Source of the DNA: Dehalococcoidia bacterium
GTDB lineage: Bacteria; Chloroflexota; Dehalococcoidia; Bin125
DNA: 64,000 nt
Direction of reading: 5' to 3'
Assembly: GCA_963663235.2 (NCBI GenBank)
Contig: CAXXNO010000006.1
Location: 160,001-224,000, forward strand
The translations under genes and the position numbers were made by a program. This document shows, one piece after another, positions 20,727 to 30,279 of the stretch. The number at the start of each line of letters is the position of its first letter. Positions within the stretch are counted from its first letter, which is position 1. The notes below the pieces were generated by a model. The model searched no databases. It was not told where the DNA came from and was given only the letters and a program-made list of their open reading frames with translations.

Positions 20727-21038
20727 TCAAGAGGCGGGCGGGGCGGCAGCCTGGCGGACGATCGCCGCCATCTGGTAGGCCAGATCGGAGGTCGCCAAGG
20801 AGACGTAGACCTGCCCGCGGCGCCGTTCGACGCGAATCAGATCGGCGTGCTCGATGACGCGGAGGTGGCTGGAGACCGCCGGCGGCGTGATGCCGAGTTG
20901 ATCGATGAGCTCGCGGCAGGCGTGGGCCGATCGGTCCGCGGCGAGGGTGCGTATGATCTCGTACCGGGCCTCGCTGGAGAGGGCACGGAAGGCGTTGAGC
21001 CTGCGCCGGTCGGCTGTAGGTCCTCTGCGATCGTTCAT
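20727..21038 (-). CDS. ArsR/SmtB family transcriptional regulator
   Basis: FRALSSEARYEII, ELIDQLGITPPAVSSHLRVI, LIRVERRRGQVYVSL. Confidence 0.88.
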   Translation of the reverse strand: MNDRRGPTADRRRLNAFRALSSEARYEIIRTLAADRSAHACRELIDQLGITPPAVSSHLRVIEHADLIRVERRRGQVYVSLATSDLAYQMAAIVRQAAAPPAS

Positions 21039-21136
21039 CGATTCACTAATAGGTGAACGTCTGTGCTGCGGTCCATCAAGAGACCGCGTGAACGGACAGG
21101 GTGGCCGCGGCGAGGCATCTCGTATGATCGGGCGGC

Positions 21137-21895
21137 ATGGACATCACACGGCGTCAGGCGCTGTTGTTGATCGCGGTCGTCGTGGGCACAATGGCGGCCC
21201 TGGTCATCGCGGATCAGATCGTGGAGCGGTACTCACCGTGGGACTTCGACGACTTCGCCGAGTGGATCGACGGGCTGGGGGCGGCCGGGCCGATCCTCTA
21301 TATCCTCGCGTTCGCGGTCTCGATGGTGATTGCGCCGTTGCCGACGTTCCCAGCGCCGTTCGCGGCGGCGACCGCGTTCGGGAGCGTGGCGGCCTTCTTC
21401 TACACCCTGTTGGGGGGGGCGATCGGGGGGGCGCTGTGCTTCTGGATCGCGCGGCGCTGGGGCCGGCCGGCGCTGCAACGCTTCCTGCCCGAGAAGTTCG
21501 TGAGGGAGATCGACCGAGTCGCGGACCGGATGGGGCTGCGGGTTCTGTTCTTGCTGCGGCTGTTTCCATTGCTGGGCGCGGACGTCGTTTCGTATGGGGC
21601 GGGGCTCACGCCGATCCGCTTTCCGGCCTACCTGGCGATCTCGATCTTGGCGTCGATTCCGGTGTTGCTGTTGATCTCCATCGTTGGGGAAGAGGCGCGG
21701 GAAGACCGCATTGTGGCAGGGATCGCGCTGGCGGCGCTGGCCGCCTTCCTGATCCTGCCGCTTCTGTATGTGGTGGTGCGACGTCGACGGCCGCCGCAGG
21801 CATCGCCGGCCGGAGCGTCGCCGGCTGCCGCGTCGACCGACCCGCCACAGCGCGCGCGTGACTCCGGAGCGGGGGCGGACGGGGAGGGCGGCTAG
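21137..21895 (+). CDS. TVP38/TMEM64 (DedA/VTT) membrane protein
   Basis: GGALCFWIARRWGRP, LLRLFPLLGADVVSYGAGLT. Confidence 0.88.
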   Translation: MDITRRQALLLIAVVVGTMAALVIADQIVERYSPWDFDDFAEWIDGLGAAGPILYILAFAVSMVIAPLPTFPAPFAAATAFGSVAAFFYTLLGGAIGGALCFWIARRWGRPALQRFLPEKFVREIDRVADRMGLRVLFLLRLFPLLGADVVSYGAGLTPIRFPAYLAISILASIPVLLLISIVGEEAREDRIVAGIALAALAAFLILPLLYVVVRRRRPPQASPAGASPAAASTDPPQRARDSGAGADGEGG

Positions 21896-22671
21896 CGCCC
21901 CTGCCAGACGGGCGCCCGGCCCTCCGCGAAGGCGCGCGGCCCCTCGATGGCGTCCTGCGATTGCCACATCAGGCGCACATTGTGGGAGAGGTGCTCGATG
22001 GCGGTGATCAGCGGCATGTCCTGGCCGCGGTAGGCGGCCTCCTTGCTGGCGCGGATGGAGAGCGGGGCGCAGGCGATGATCTCGTCGGCCCAGCGGCGGG
22101 CGGCGGGGAGCAGATCGTCCGCGGGGACTAGCTCGTTGACGAGGCCCCAGCGCAACGCCTCCTCGGCCGGCATGTAGCGGGCAGTCAGGATGTAGCCCAT
22201 GGCGATGCGGGAGGGGATCTGCCGCGGCAGGCGCTGAACGCCGCCGGCGGCGGCCATGAGGCCGACGGTGGGCTCGGGGAGCCCGAGGCGAGCGCCCTCG
22301 GCGCAGATGATGATATCGCAGGCAAGGGCCATCTCCAGCCCGAGACCCAGCGCGTAGCCGTGCACGGCCGCGATCATCGGTTTCCAGCACTCGAAGTCGC
22401 GGGTGATTGCGCCGCCGCCGCCCTTGAGCAGACCGCTTGCGGAGGTCTCGCCGGTGGCGGCGGTGTGCTTGAGGTCGTTGCCGGCGCTGAAGGCGCGTCC
22501 GGCGCCGGTGAGGATGGCGACCCAGGCATCATCGTCGGCCTTGAAGCGGGCCCAGGCGTCGACGAGCTCGGCGGTGGCCGGGGGGTGGATGGCGTTGAGC
22601 CGCTCGGGGCGGTTGAAGGTGATGGTGACGACGCGATCGGTCTGGTCGTAGGTGATGAACTCGTAATCCAC
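21892..22671 (-). CDS. Enoyl-CoA hydratase/isomerase (both catalytic Glu present)
   Basis: NRPERLNAI, FSAGNDL, GLGLEMALACD, GLPEP; GTG start after GGAGG. Confidence 0.92.
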   Translation of the reverse strand: MDYEFITYDQTDRVVTITFNRPERLNAIHPPATAELVDAWARFKADDDAWVAILTGAGRAFSAGNDLKHTAATGETSASGLLKGGGGAITRDFECWKPMIAAVHGYALGLGLEMALACDIIICAEGARLGLPEPTVGLMAAAGGVQRLPRQIPSRIAMGYILTARYMPAEEALRWGLVNELVPADDLLPAARRWADEIIACAPLSIRASKEAAYRGQDMPLITAIEHLSHNVRLMWQSQDAIEGPRAFAEGRAPVWQGR

Positions 22672-22782
22672 GGTGGTCCTCCACTCCGGTCGAAATCCAG
22701 CGAGACGCCCGCAGTCTGGGCGGAGCGCGTCCGCGCCGTCAACCGAACGAGGGGAGACGGCAGCCGATATGCTGAGCCGGCC

Positions 22783-23817
22783 GTGGACAGGAATCGAGAC
22801 CTGGATCGCCTGCCGCCCCTGAGCGTCGAAGAAGAGAGCGCGTACGCGGAAGGCCAGGCGCTGCGCGCGCTGGCCCGCGAGCGGCCGCCGGGCTGGATCG
22901 ACCGCTGCGTGGAGGCGGCGCTGCAGGGGGCGCATCCCTTCCCGCGCGGCGAAGCACGGATCGCGTTGCAGTTCGCGCCCGCGGAGGCGGTGGTCGCGGC
23001 GCTGCTGCCAGCGCTGACGTCGGAAAACCGGCGGCTGCGGCGGCGGGCGATGACGTTGCTGCCGCGGCTGGAGGCCGGCGAGGTGGCGCGGCAGATGGAG
23101 CGATGGCTGCCGACGGCGTCGCGGGAGGGGAAACGAGCGGCGTGCGTGGTGCTGGCGGCGCTGGGTGAAGCGGGGTCGGCGCTGCTGCGCGGCCTGCGCG
23201 ACGATCCGGAGCCGGCGGTGGCGCGTCGGGCCGGGCGGGCGCTCCAGGCGCTGCAGGAGCGGACGTCGTCTGCGACGGCGGGAGAGTTACCGGAGTCGGC
23301 GGAGCGCCCGTTCGGGCTGCGGCCGCCCGAGGGATTGCCGCCGCCGCGCCGTCACCCGTTCGCGGTGGCGGCGTTCAACTTCTCCTACGGCGTCAACCTG
23401 GGCGTGCTGATCCGCAGCGCCGAGGCGGCGGGGGCGCAGGCCGTGTGGATCGTGGGGCGCGATTTCTACTACCGGCCGTCGACGAAGGGGAGCGACTGGT
23501 GGCTGCCGGTGGAGGTGATCCCGAGCCCGCGCGCGTGCATCGAGCGGGCGCGGGAGGAGGGCTACGAGATCGTGGCGGTGCAGCAAGGGGCGGAGGCGCG
23601 ATCGGTCTACGACGTGGACTGGCCGGAGCGGCCGCTGATCGTGGTGGGGAACGAAGGGGACGGGCTCCCAACGGCGTTCCTGGCGGCAGCCGCACGGCAG
23701 ATCAGCATCCCAGTGGCCGGGGTGATCGACAGCCTGAACGTGGCCGTGGCGGCGAGCGTGGCGATGTATTTCTACCTGGCCCATGTGGAGAGCCGAAGCG
23801 CGAAGTTCTCGACATAA
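22783..23817 (+). CDS. SpoU/TrmH-family RNA methyltransferase with N-terminal HEAT-repeat-like domain
   Basis: C-terminal NLGVLIRSAEAAG, VVGNEGDGL, IPVAGVIDSLNVAVA; N-terminal LLPALTSENRRLRRRA and GLRDDPEPAVARRAGRAL; start codon uncertain. Confidence 0.78.
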   Translation: MDRNRDLDRLPPLSVEEESAYAEGQALRALARERPPGWIDRCVEAALQGAHPFPRGEARIALQFAPAEAVVAALLPALTSENRRLRRRAMTLLPRLEAGEVARQMERWLPTASREGKRAACVVLAALGEAGSALLRGLRDDPEPAVARRAGRALQALQERTSSATAGELPESAERPFGLRPPEGLPPPRRHPFAVAAFNFSYGVNLGVLIRSAEAAGAQAVWIVGRDFYYRPSTKGSDWWLPVEVIPSPRACIERAREEGYEIVAVQQGAEARSVYDVDWPERPLIVVGNEGDGLPTAFLAAAARQISIPVAGVIDSLNVAVAASVAMYFYLAHVESRSAKFST

Positions 23818-23917
23818 AGATTCGATGGCCGTGTGGCCCATCGAGAGGCCTGGGACACCGTTAAGCCGACGTAAAGCGAGGCCGACCGCGGGTCGATCCG
23901 GCCCGATCGAGCAGGCT

Positions 23918-24877
23918 ATGTTAAGTCGCGTGCGACGGGGTCGGATCTCTCGAAGGGCGTTGCTGCACCGCGGGCTAAGCACCTCGCTGGGGGCCGCGGC
24001 GCTCGGAATCGGCGTGCCGGTGGCCGCGCGGCGCGCATCGGCGCAGACCTACGTGCCGGGGAGCCAGCAGCCGAGCCTCTACGCAGGGTGGAACGCCGTC
24101 CCGTGGCTGGGACCGGCCGTGGCGGCCGAGGAGGCTTTGCGGGACCTCCCCCTGGTTGTCGCGTACCAGCGGGACAACGACGAAGGCACCTGGCGGTCGT
24201 ACCGGCCGGAGTCGAGCGTCAACGAGCTACGCGAGATCGGCTACACCATGCCGCTCTGGCTGCAGCTCCATCGGGGGGGAGACTGGCAGCAGCAGCCCGA
24301 GCCGCCCGGCCTCCCCGACAACGTGCTGCTGCCGGGCGGTTGGTCATTCGTCAGTTGGACCGGCGACGACGTCCCAGTGTGGACAGTGTTCGGCGAGACT
24401 ACCGCGTCGCCGATCGTGCAGGCGGTGCGATGGAACGCCGCGGAGCAGCGGCACTACGCGTATATCCCTAGTGTCGCGGCCCTGGAAGAGTTCGCCATCC
24501 TGCACGGCGGCGACGCGATCTGGCTGAACATCGACGTCCCGGGCCAAACCTGGAACCCCGCGCTCGGACTGGGGATCGATCCCGTGGAGCCGGGAGTGTT
24601 CCAGGGGCAAGCGACGTTTTTCTGGTCCGGCCTGCAAGGGCAGACGATGTACTGCGGCGGCTCGTACGATCGCCATGACCCGACGATCGCCGCCACGACC
24701 TCGTGGCCGTGCGGGACGCGCCTGCGGATCTGGCGGGGCGAGCGTTCCGTGGACGTGGTGGTGCAGGACCGGGGCGCGCTGGGCCCGTACCACATCGACC
24801 TGTCTGAGGCGGCGTTCCAGCGGATCGCGGATCTGGCCGAGGGGCACATCGACGTGCTGATCGAACCGCTGCTCTGA
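23918..24877 (+). CDS. Tat-exported protein with C-terminal RlpA-like double-psi beta-barrel
   Basis: SRRALL Tat motif and ASA cleavage site; GQATFF ... WPCGTRLRI ... VVVQDRG ... IDLSEAAFQRIA. Confidence 0.78.
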   Translation: MLSRVRRGRISRRALLHRGLSTSLGAAALGIGVPVAARRASAQTYVPGSQQPSLYAGWNAVPWLGPAVAAEEALRDLPLVVAYQRDNDEGTWRSYRPESSVNELREIGYTMPLWLQLHRGGDWQQQPEPPGLPDNVLLPGGWSFVSWTGDDVPVWTVFGETTASPIVQAVRWNAAEQRHYAYIPSVAALEEFAILHGGDAIWLNIDVPGQTWNPALGLGIDPVEPGVFQGQATFFWSGLQGQTMYCGGSYDRHDPTIAATTSWPCGTRLRIWRGERSVDVVVQDRGALGPYHIDLSEAAFQRIADLAEGHIDVLIEPLL

Positions 24878-24947
24878 GCCCCCGCGGCGTCCATTCAGTA
24901 GACTTCGCGTGACAACTTGAGGCATCCGAGTACTGAGGAGCGCAGCC

Positions 24948-25859
24948 ATGGAGTTCGGCATCCATCTCCCGCAGCTGGGTTGGCGGGCGAACCGCGAGAG
25001 CGTCAAAGAGGTCGCGCAGCGCGCGGAGGCGCTGGGCTACGAATCGTGCTGGGTGAGCGACCACATCGCCATACCGGAGAAGATCGAGACGGAATACCCG
25101 ATGGGCGGAAAGTTTCCCGTGAGTCCCGACCTGCCCTGGCTCGATCCGCTGGGCACGCTGTGCTACGCAGCGGCTTGCACAGAGCGGGTGCGGCTGGGCA
25201 CGTCCGTGCTGGTGCTGCCGTGGCGGCTGCCCGTGCAGACCGCCAAACTTATCGCCACACTGGACCAGCTCTCGGGGGGACGCACGATCCTCGGCATTGG
25301 GGCGGGCTGGATGCCCGAAGAGTTCGCGGCGGTGGGGATGCCGTGGGACCATCGTGGGGCGCGGACCGACGAGCAGCTAGAAGTGTTCGACGCGCTCTTC
25401 ACCCAAGAGCGGCCCGAGTATCACGGCAAGTACTACGAATTCGAGCGGATCGGCTTCAATCCCAAGCCGTTCACGGGCAACCTGACCATCTGGGTAGGCG
25501 GTTTCTCCCCCGGGGCGTACCGGCGGGCGGGGCGGTGGGGGCAGGGGTTTCACGCCGCCTACGGCACGCCCGATCGGGTGGCCGCCCAATGGGCCGAGGT
25601 GCGGCGGGAGGCCGAAAAACAGGGACGGGATCCCGATTCGCTGACCCTGAGCACGCGCGTGTGGCTGGGCTACGGGATGGAAGAGCAGAGTGACGGATCG
25701 CTGTGGGGCAGCGATGAGCAGATGATCGACCTGCTGGGGCGCTGGGCGGAGATAGGGATGTCGCACGTGGTCATGGACGTGCTCTCGTCAGGGGGGATCC
25801 CCGGCCGGATCGAATCGATCGAGCGGTTCGCCAAGGAGGTCCGCCCGAAGCTGGGCTGA
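24948..25859 (+). CDS. LLM-class (probably F420-dependent) oxidoreductase
   Basis: AEALGYESCWVSDH, RVRLGTSVLVLP, TLDQLSGGRTILGIGAGW. Confidence 0.9.
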   Translation: MEFGIHLPQLGWRANRESVKEVAQRAEALGYESCWVSDHIAIPEKIETEYPMGGKFPVSPDLPWLDPLGTLCYAAACTERVRLGTSVLVLPWRLPVQTAKLIATLDQLSGGRTILGIGAGWMPEEFAAVGMPWDHRGARTDEQLEVFDALFTQERPEYHGKYYEFERIGFNPKPFTGNLTIWVGGFSPGAYRRAGRWGQGFHAAYGTPDRVAAQWAEVRREAEKQGRDPDSLTLSTRVWLGYGMEEQSDGSLWGSDEQMIDLLGRWAEIGMSHVVMDVLSSGGIPGRIESIERFAKEVRPKLG

Positions 25860-25902
25860 GGCCGCGCGGGCCACGCGCGCCCGTGTAATAGGCTGGGCGG
25901 AG

Positions 25903-26532
25903 ATGAGCAACGACCCCTTCAGCGAGGGTTCGAACGCCGCGCGCGACCGAATCAGCGGCTGGCTGGATTGGCTGCCACAATCGGAGGCGGCGCATCCGGC
26001 CAAGTTGTTGCCGCTGGTATTCCTCACCGTGGGCGGCGTTCTGATCATCATCGGGTCCGTTCTGCCCTGGTTCCAATCGAGCATCCCGATTATCGAGACG
26101 ATCGATGGCATCGATACCGTCACCGCGACGGCCCACACAAGCGAGCTCGGAGTCGAACGGACAAGCGGCCTTGTGGTCCTGGCGTTCGGCTTCGTCTTCA
26201 TCGCGTTCGCGACGGCGGTGTGGCGGTTTGGGCTCAAGGACCTCCTGGGGATCATCGCGCCGGCAATCGCCGGGATCCCGCTTGCCATCGCGCTCTTAGA
26301 GATCGACCGCGTCAGCGATGATGTCGCGACGCTGGAGAGCGTCGGAATCGGCTTGCCGATCCAGATCGACGCGTCGATTGGTGTGGGGATGTATGTTGCG
26401 CCGATCGGCGTGGTTCTGGGGCTGATCGGCGCGGTGCGGATCTTCCTCGCTTCCTACCGACTGCCGAGGCGGCTGGCCGAGCAAGCGCAACGGGACTCCG
26501 CGCAAAGCGGGGGACCGGGCCGACGCCGATAG
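25903..26532 (+). CDS. Hypothetical membrane protein (about 4 TMs)
   Basis: IIGSVLPWF, SIGVGMY; fills the gap between neighbours. Confidence 0.65.
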   Translation: MSNDPFSEGSNAARDRISGWLDWLPQSEAAHPAKLLPLVFLTVGGVLIIIGSVLPWFQSSIPIIETIDGIDTVTATAHTSELGVERTSGLVVLAFGFVFIAFATAVWRFGLKDLLGIIAPAIAGIPLAIALLEIDRVSDDVATLESVGIGLPIQIDASIGVGMYVAPIGVVLGLIGAVRIFLASYRLPRRLAEQAQRDSAQSGGPGRRR

Positions 26533-26553
26533 CAGCTGCCCGCCGGCCGGAAT

Positions 26554-26580
26554 GTAAGCCCAGCGTAAGAGGCCGGTAAG
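26554..26580 (+). promoter_or_regulatory. GTAAG x3 at 11-bp spacing upstream of the HtrA pair
   Basis: GTAAG at 26554, 26565 and 26576. Confidence 0.5.
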
Positions 26581-26694
26581 CGTTCCGATCATTGCGGAGA
26601 TCGGGAGATCTGCGCGCGGAAGCGCTCCGTTAGCATTAACGAGAGCCTCTTTCAGGGTCCCGCGGGGGGACCACAGGGCGGGGAGGAGCCTCCG

Positions 26695-27789
26695 ATGCGT
26701 ACCGCCGTCATTTCCGTGGGGAGCGGGCTGGTCGCGGCCGTTGCGGCCGCCTTTATCGCACTGGCCATCGACGACGGGGGCACGACCGTCATCGAGCAAG
26801 CGGCGCCTGCGACCGAGGTGGTGGCCGACAGTCCGTTGGTCAGCAACACCTTGGAGCCGGAGCCGGCCGCGACGGAAGTCCCGGCCGCCCGTGTGGACGA
26901 TCCGGTCGTCGTGAACGCCTTTGACCCCGTCCAGATCTTCCAGACGGTCGAGGGTTCCGTGGTGAGCGTGCTCACGCCGGAGGGCGGCGGCAGCGGGTTC
27001 TTCATCGACGACGCGGGGCACGTGATCACGAACTACCACGTGGTGCAAGGGCACGACGAAGTCAGCATCGTGCTGAGCGACGGCACGAGCGTGACCGGGC
27101 GTGTGCTGGGCTTCGACAGCGCGAACGACCTGGCCGTGGTGGAGATCGACGCGACGGGAATGGTAATCACGCCGGTGCGGCTGGGAGACTCCAGCGCGCT
27201 GGTGGTCGGCGAGCCGGTTGTGGCGATCGGCAACCCGTTCGGGCTGGAGCGGACGCTGACGACGGGCGTGGTCTCGGCGGTGGGCCGTGTGCGGCCGCCG
27301 CTGCTCGATGGCGGCCGCGCGCAGCGGGGGCTGATCCAGACCGACGCCTCGGTGAACCCGGGGAACTCCGGCGGACCGCTGATCAACCAGGCCGGTGAGG
27401 TGATCGGGGTCAACGCCAGCGCCCAGAGCCCCATCCGCGGCTCGGTGGGCGTGAACTTCGCCATCCCGATTGCCCTGGTGGAGCGGTTCCTGCCGGACCT
27501 GATCGCGGGCGAAGTGATCCAGCACCCGTGGATCGGGATCGCGGGCGCGGCGGCGGACAGCGAGGCGGGCCTGCCAATCGGCGACGTGGTCGCGGACGGC
27601 CCGGCGGCGCAAGCGGGGCTGCAAGCGGGAGACCGCATCGTCGCGGTGGCCGGGGTGAACCTGGACAGTTTCGACGCGCTGGCGGAGTTGATCGATCAGC
27701 GGTCGGTGGGCGAGACGGTGCCGTTCGCCGTGCAGCGCGGCGCCGAGCGGCTCGACATCGCCGTCACGCTGGCGTCCTGGCCTGCTTGA
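26695..27789 (+). CDS. HtrA/DegP-family serine protease with PDZ domain, paralog 1
   Basis: TNYHVV, NDLAVV, IQTDASVNPGNSGGPL; N-terminal TM; PDZ. Confidence 0.93.
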   Translation: MRTAVISVGSGLVAAVAAAFIALAIDDGGTTVIEQAAPATEVVADSPLVSNTLEPEPAATEVPAARVDDPVVVNAFDPVQIFQTVEGSVVSVLTPEGGGSGFFIDDAGHVITNYHVVQGHDEVSIVLSDGTSVTGRVLGFDSANDLAVVEIDATGMVITPVRLGDSSALVVGEPVVAIGNPFGLERTLTTGVVSAVGRVRPPLLDGGRAQRGLIQTDASVNPGNSGGPLINQAGEVIGVNASAQSPIRGSVGVNFAIPIALVERFLPDLIAGEVIQHPWIGIAGAAADSEAGLPIGDVVADGPAAQAGLQAGDRIVAVAGVNLDSFDALAELIDQRSVGETVPFAVQRGAERLDIAVTLASWPA

Positions 27790-27817
27790 TCAGGCAATGG
27801 CGCGCTAGGCTGAGAGC

Positions 27818-28909
27818 GTGAGAACAGCCGTCATCGCGCTGATCAGCGGAGCGGCCGCGGGGATCGCGGCCGCTTTCATCGCGCTCGCGATCGACGACGG
27901 CGGGACCACGACCATCATCCGGGAAGCGCCGCCGGCAGAGGCGACCGTGGAGCCGGCCTCCACCGTGCAGCGGACCGCCGAGATCGGTGAGCCAGCGCCC
28001 GCGGAACCGGAGCCGCCCCCCGCCATCGCGACGGCGTTCGATCCGGCGGCGATCTTCAAGCAGATCGGGCCAGCCGTCGTCAGCATCGAGACGCAACAGG
28101 GGCTGGTGAGCGGCAGCGGCTTCATCGTGGACGGCGACGGCCACATCGTCACGAACTTCCACGTGGTGCAGGGCAGCAACAGTGTGAGCGTGGTCCTGGA
28201 CGACGAGACACGCGTGTCCGGGCAGGTGCTGGGATTCGATCGGGCGAACGACCTGGCGGTAGTGGCGATCGATCCGATCGGCGTGGAGCTGCGGCCGGCG
28301 CCGCTGGGTGACTCCGATGCGCTGATCGTGGGCGACCCGGTCGTCGCGATCGGCAATCCCTTCGGATTGGAGCGCACCCTGACCACCGGCGTGGTTTCAG
28401 CGCTGGGCCGGCTGCGCCCACCGCTCGAGGCCGGCGGGCGGCCGCAACGGGGGCTGATCCAAACCGACGCCGCGATCAACCCCGGGAACTCCGGGGGGCC
28501 GCTGATCAACGCGGCCGGCGAAGTGATCGGCGTGAACGCAAGCGCGGAGAGCCCGATCGACGGATCAGTAGGGGTCGGCTTTGCGATCCCATCGAGCATC
28601 GTGCAGCGGTTCCTGCCCGAGATGATCGCGGGGGAGGAGATCCTGCACCCCTGGCTGGGGATCAGCAGCGTGGAATCGGACGAGCCAGGACTGTTAATCG
28701 AGAGCGTGTTCGCGGACAGCCCCGCGGACGCGGGGGGGCTCCTGCCGGGCGACCGCTTGATCCGCGCGAACGGCGTCGCCATCGAGGGGTTCGAGGACCT
28801 GGCGGATCTGCTGGACGATCAGCGGGTGGGCGCCGTGGTGACGGTGGGGGTGGATCGGCAGGGCGAGAGCGTCGCGATCGAGATCACGCTGGCCGCCTGG
28901 CCGGGCTAA
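27818..28909 (+). CDS. HtrA/DegP-family serine protease with PDZ domain, paralog 2
   Basis: TNFHVV, NDLAVV, IQTDAAINPGNSGGPL; collinear with paralog 1. Confidence 0.93.
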   Translation: MRTAVIALISGAAAGIAAAFIALAIDDGGTTTIIREAPPAEATVEPASTVQRTAEIGEPAPAEPEPPPAIATAFDPAAIFKQIGPAVVSIETQQGLVSGSGFIVDGDGHIVTNFHVVQGSNSVSVVLDDETRVSGQVLGFDRANDLAVVAIDPIGVELRPAPLGDSDALIVGDPVVAIGNPFGLERTLTTGVVSALGRLRPPLEAGGRPQRGLIQTDAAINPGNSGGPLINAAGEVIGVNASAESPIDGSVGVGFAIPSSIVQRFLPEMIAGEEILHPWLGISSVESDEPGLLIESVFADSPADAGGLLPGDRLIRANGVAIEGFEDLADLLDDQRVGAVVTVGVDRQGESVAIEITLAAWPG

Positions 28910-30018
28910 GAGGGCGGCAGCGCGGTGGTGGCGGCCTGCACCGGCGGCGGATAGCGCTGTTCGGCGAAGAACTCCCACGTGATCCGCGAGATCTCCGCGA
29001 CCAAGCGCCAGGAGGATTGCTGGTCCAGATTGCGCTGCGTGTAGATGGCGAGGGCGTAGGCAAGCGGCCCGCCGGGTCGCTCGAACTGGACGAGAGCGAT
29101 GTCGTTGACGGCATCGGCGTTGAGCCAGGCGAGATCGGCGTCGGAGGGGATGATCCAGCCGATCTTGCGACGGAGCCGAACGCCGGGGGGAACGCCGGCG
29201 CTGATGCCATAGTCGACCAAGGTCGAATCCATGCGTTCGAGGAAGGCGTGACTGCCTTCGAGATCGAACACGTCGCCGTACCAGAGCGCGGCCAGCGTGT
29301 CCGTGGAGTCGAGCGCGGTCGAGAGGTTGCTGTTGGCGATGAAGCCGGGCGCCTGCTCCGTCAGGTAGCCGGGGTGGTGCGAGAGCACGGTGCGGTGGGC
29401 GCCGAAAGCCGCCGCCTCCTGGTTGATGGCATCGAAGCCGGCCATCTGAGCGAGGATCTCCGCGGCGAAGTTGGACTGCTCGATGAAGACGCCGTGGAGC
29501 AATCGATCCACGATCACGGGATTGAGAGCGCCATCCAAGAGCAAGCGCCAGGCGGCCAGCCCGATCCAAAGCTTGGCCACGCTGCCACTCACGTGGAGGG
29601 CCTGCCCGTTGATGTGGATGAGGTCGCCGGTCTGGAGATCTACCACCGCCACGGAGACATCGCCGAGGTGGTCTTGGACGAGATCATCGATTTGTCCACG
29701 GAGAGGGAGGAGGTCCGGGGCCTGATCACGATCGACGATGGTGGCGGCGCGCACCAGGAGGGGAGGCTGGGACGTGCGGGCGGCGACAGCATCGGCGAGG
29801 CGCGTATCTATCGCTGTGCTCGTCGCGGTTTCCGGTTCGGTTTGCGCTTCGGTTTGGCTAGACGAGAGGTGGACCAGCACGAGCAGCGAGAGCAGCACGG
29901 TCGCCGATATAGCGCCGAAGGCGAGCGCAGAGCGGAGCGGCACGGGCCCTTCCCTCATTCCGAAGGAAACGGTACCACGCAGGCTCGGGCATCGCGGGAG
30001 GTTAGGCGCGGAAGTCAA
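28906..30018 (-). CDS. Membrane-anchored serine hydrolase, class A beta-lactamase/PBP-like fold
   Basis: SxxK = SVAK, QSN where SDN is usual, KIG where KTG is usual, NDIALV; start may instead be ATG 29958. Confidence 0.7.
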   Translation of the reverse strand: MTSAPNLPRCPSLRGTVSFGMREGPVPLRSALAFGAISATVLLSLLVLVHLSSSQTEAQTEPETATSTAIDTRLADAVAARTSQPPLLVRAATIVDRDQAPDLLPLRGQIDDLVQDHLGDVSVAVVDLQTGDLIHINGQALHVSGSVAKLWIGLAAWRLLLDGALNPVIVDRLLHGVFIEQSNFAAEILAQMAGFDAINQEAAAFGAHRTVLSHHPGYLTEQAPGFIANSNLSTALDSTDTLAALWYGDVFDLEGSHAFLERMDSTLVDYGISAGVPPGVRLRRKIGWIIPSDADLAWLNADAVNDIALVQFERPGGPLAYALAIYTQRNLDQQSSWRLVAEISRITWEFFAEQRYPPPVQAATTALPPS

Positions 30019-30193
30019 CCAGCGCGCCGAGCATGGTATCGGCGGCGCTGATCACCCAGAGAGAGGCCTGGGCGGTATAGGTGGCGACTTGAAGATCGAT
30101 GAGGGCCAAGGAATCGCTGGGAGCATGGTCAAGCGTGGTGGCGTCCGCGACGACGCGAGCGGCGCGCGACATAATCGTGGAGAGGGAGGACAT
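30002..30193 (-). CDS. Small protein resembling the flagellar basal-body rod C-terminal (Flg_bbr_C-like) motif
   Basis: LIDLQVATYTAQASLWVISAADTMLGALVDFRA. Confidence 0.5.
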   Translation of the reverse strand: MSSLSTIMSRAARVVADATTLDHAPSDSLALIDLQVATYTAQASLWVISAADTMLGALVDFRA

Positions 30194-30279
30194 CGACGGA
30201 CGACTGTACGTGAGGGGCTGAGAGTCGACAAGCACAGCTGATCATCGACCGATTGCTGGGCCGGGGACAAAGCAGGCGC

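Noticed and set aside
21411-21419. G9 tract as a phase-variation site in the TVP38 gene
   Set aside because: The frame is intact (Leu-Gly-Gly-Ala) and a single sequence gives no evidence of slippage.
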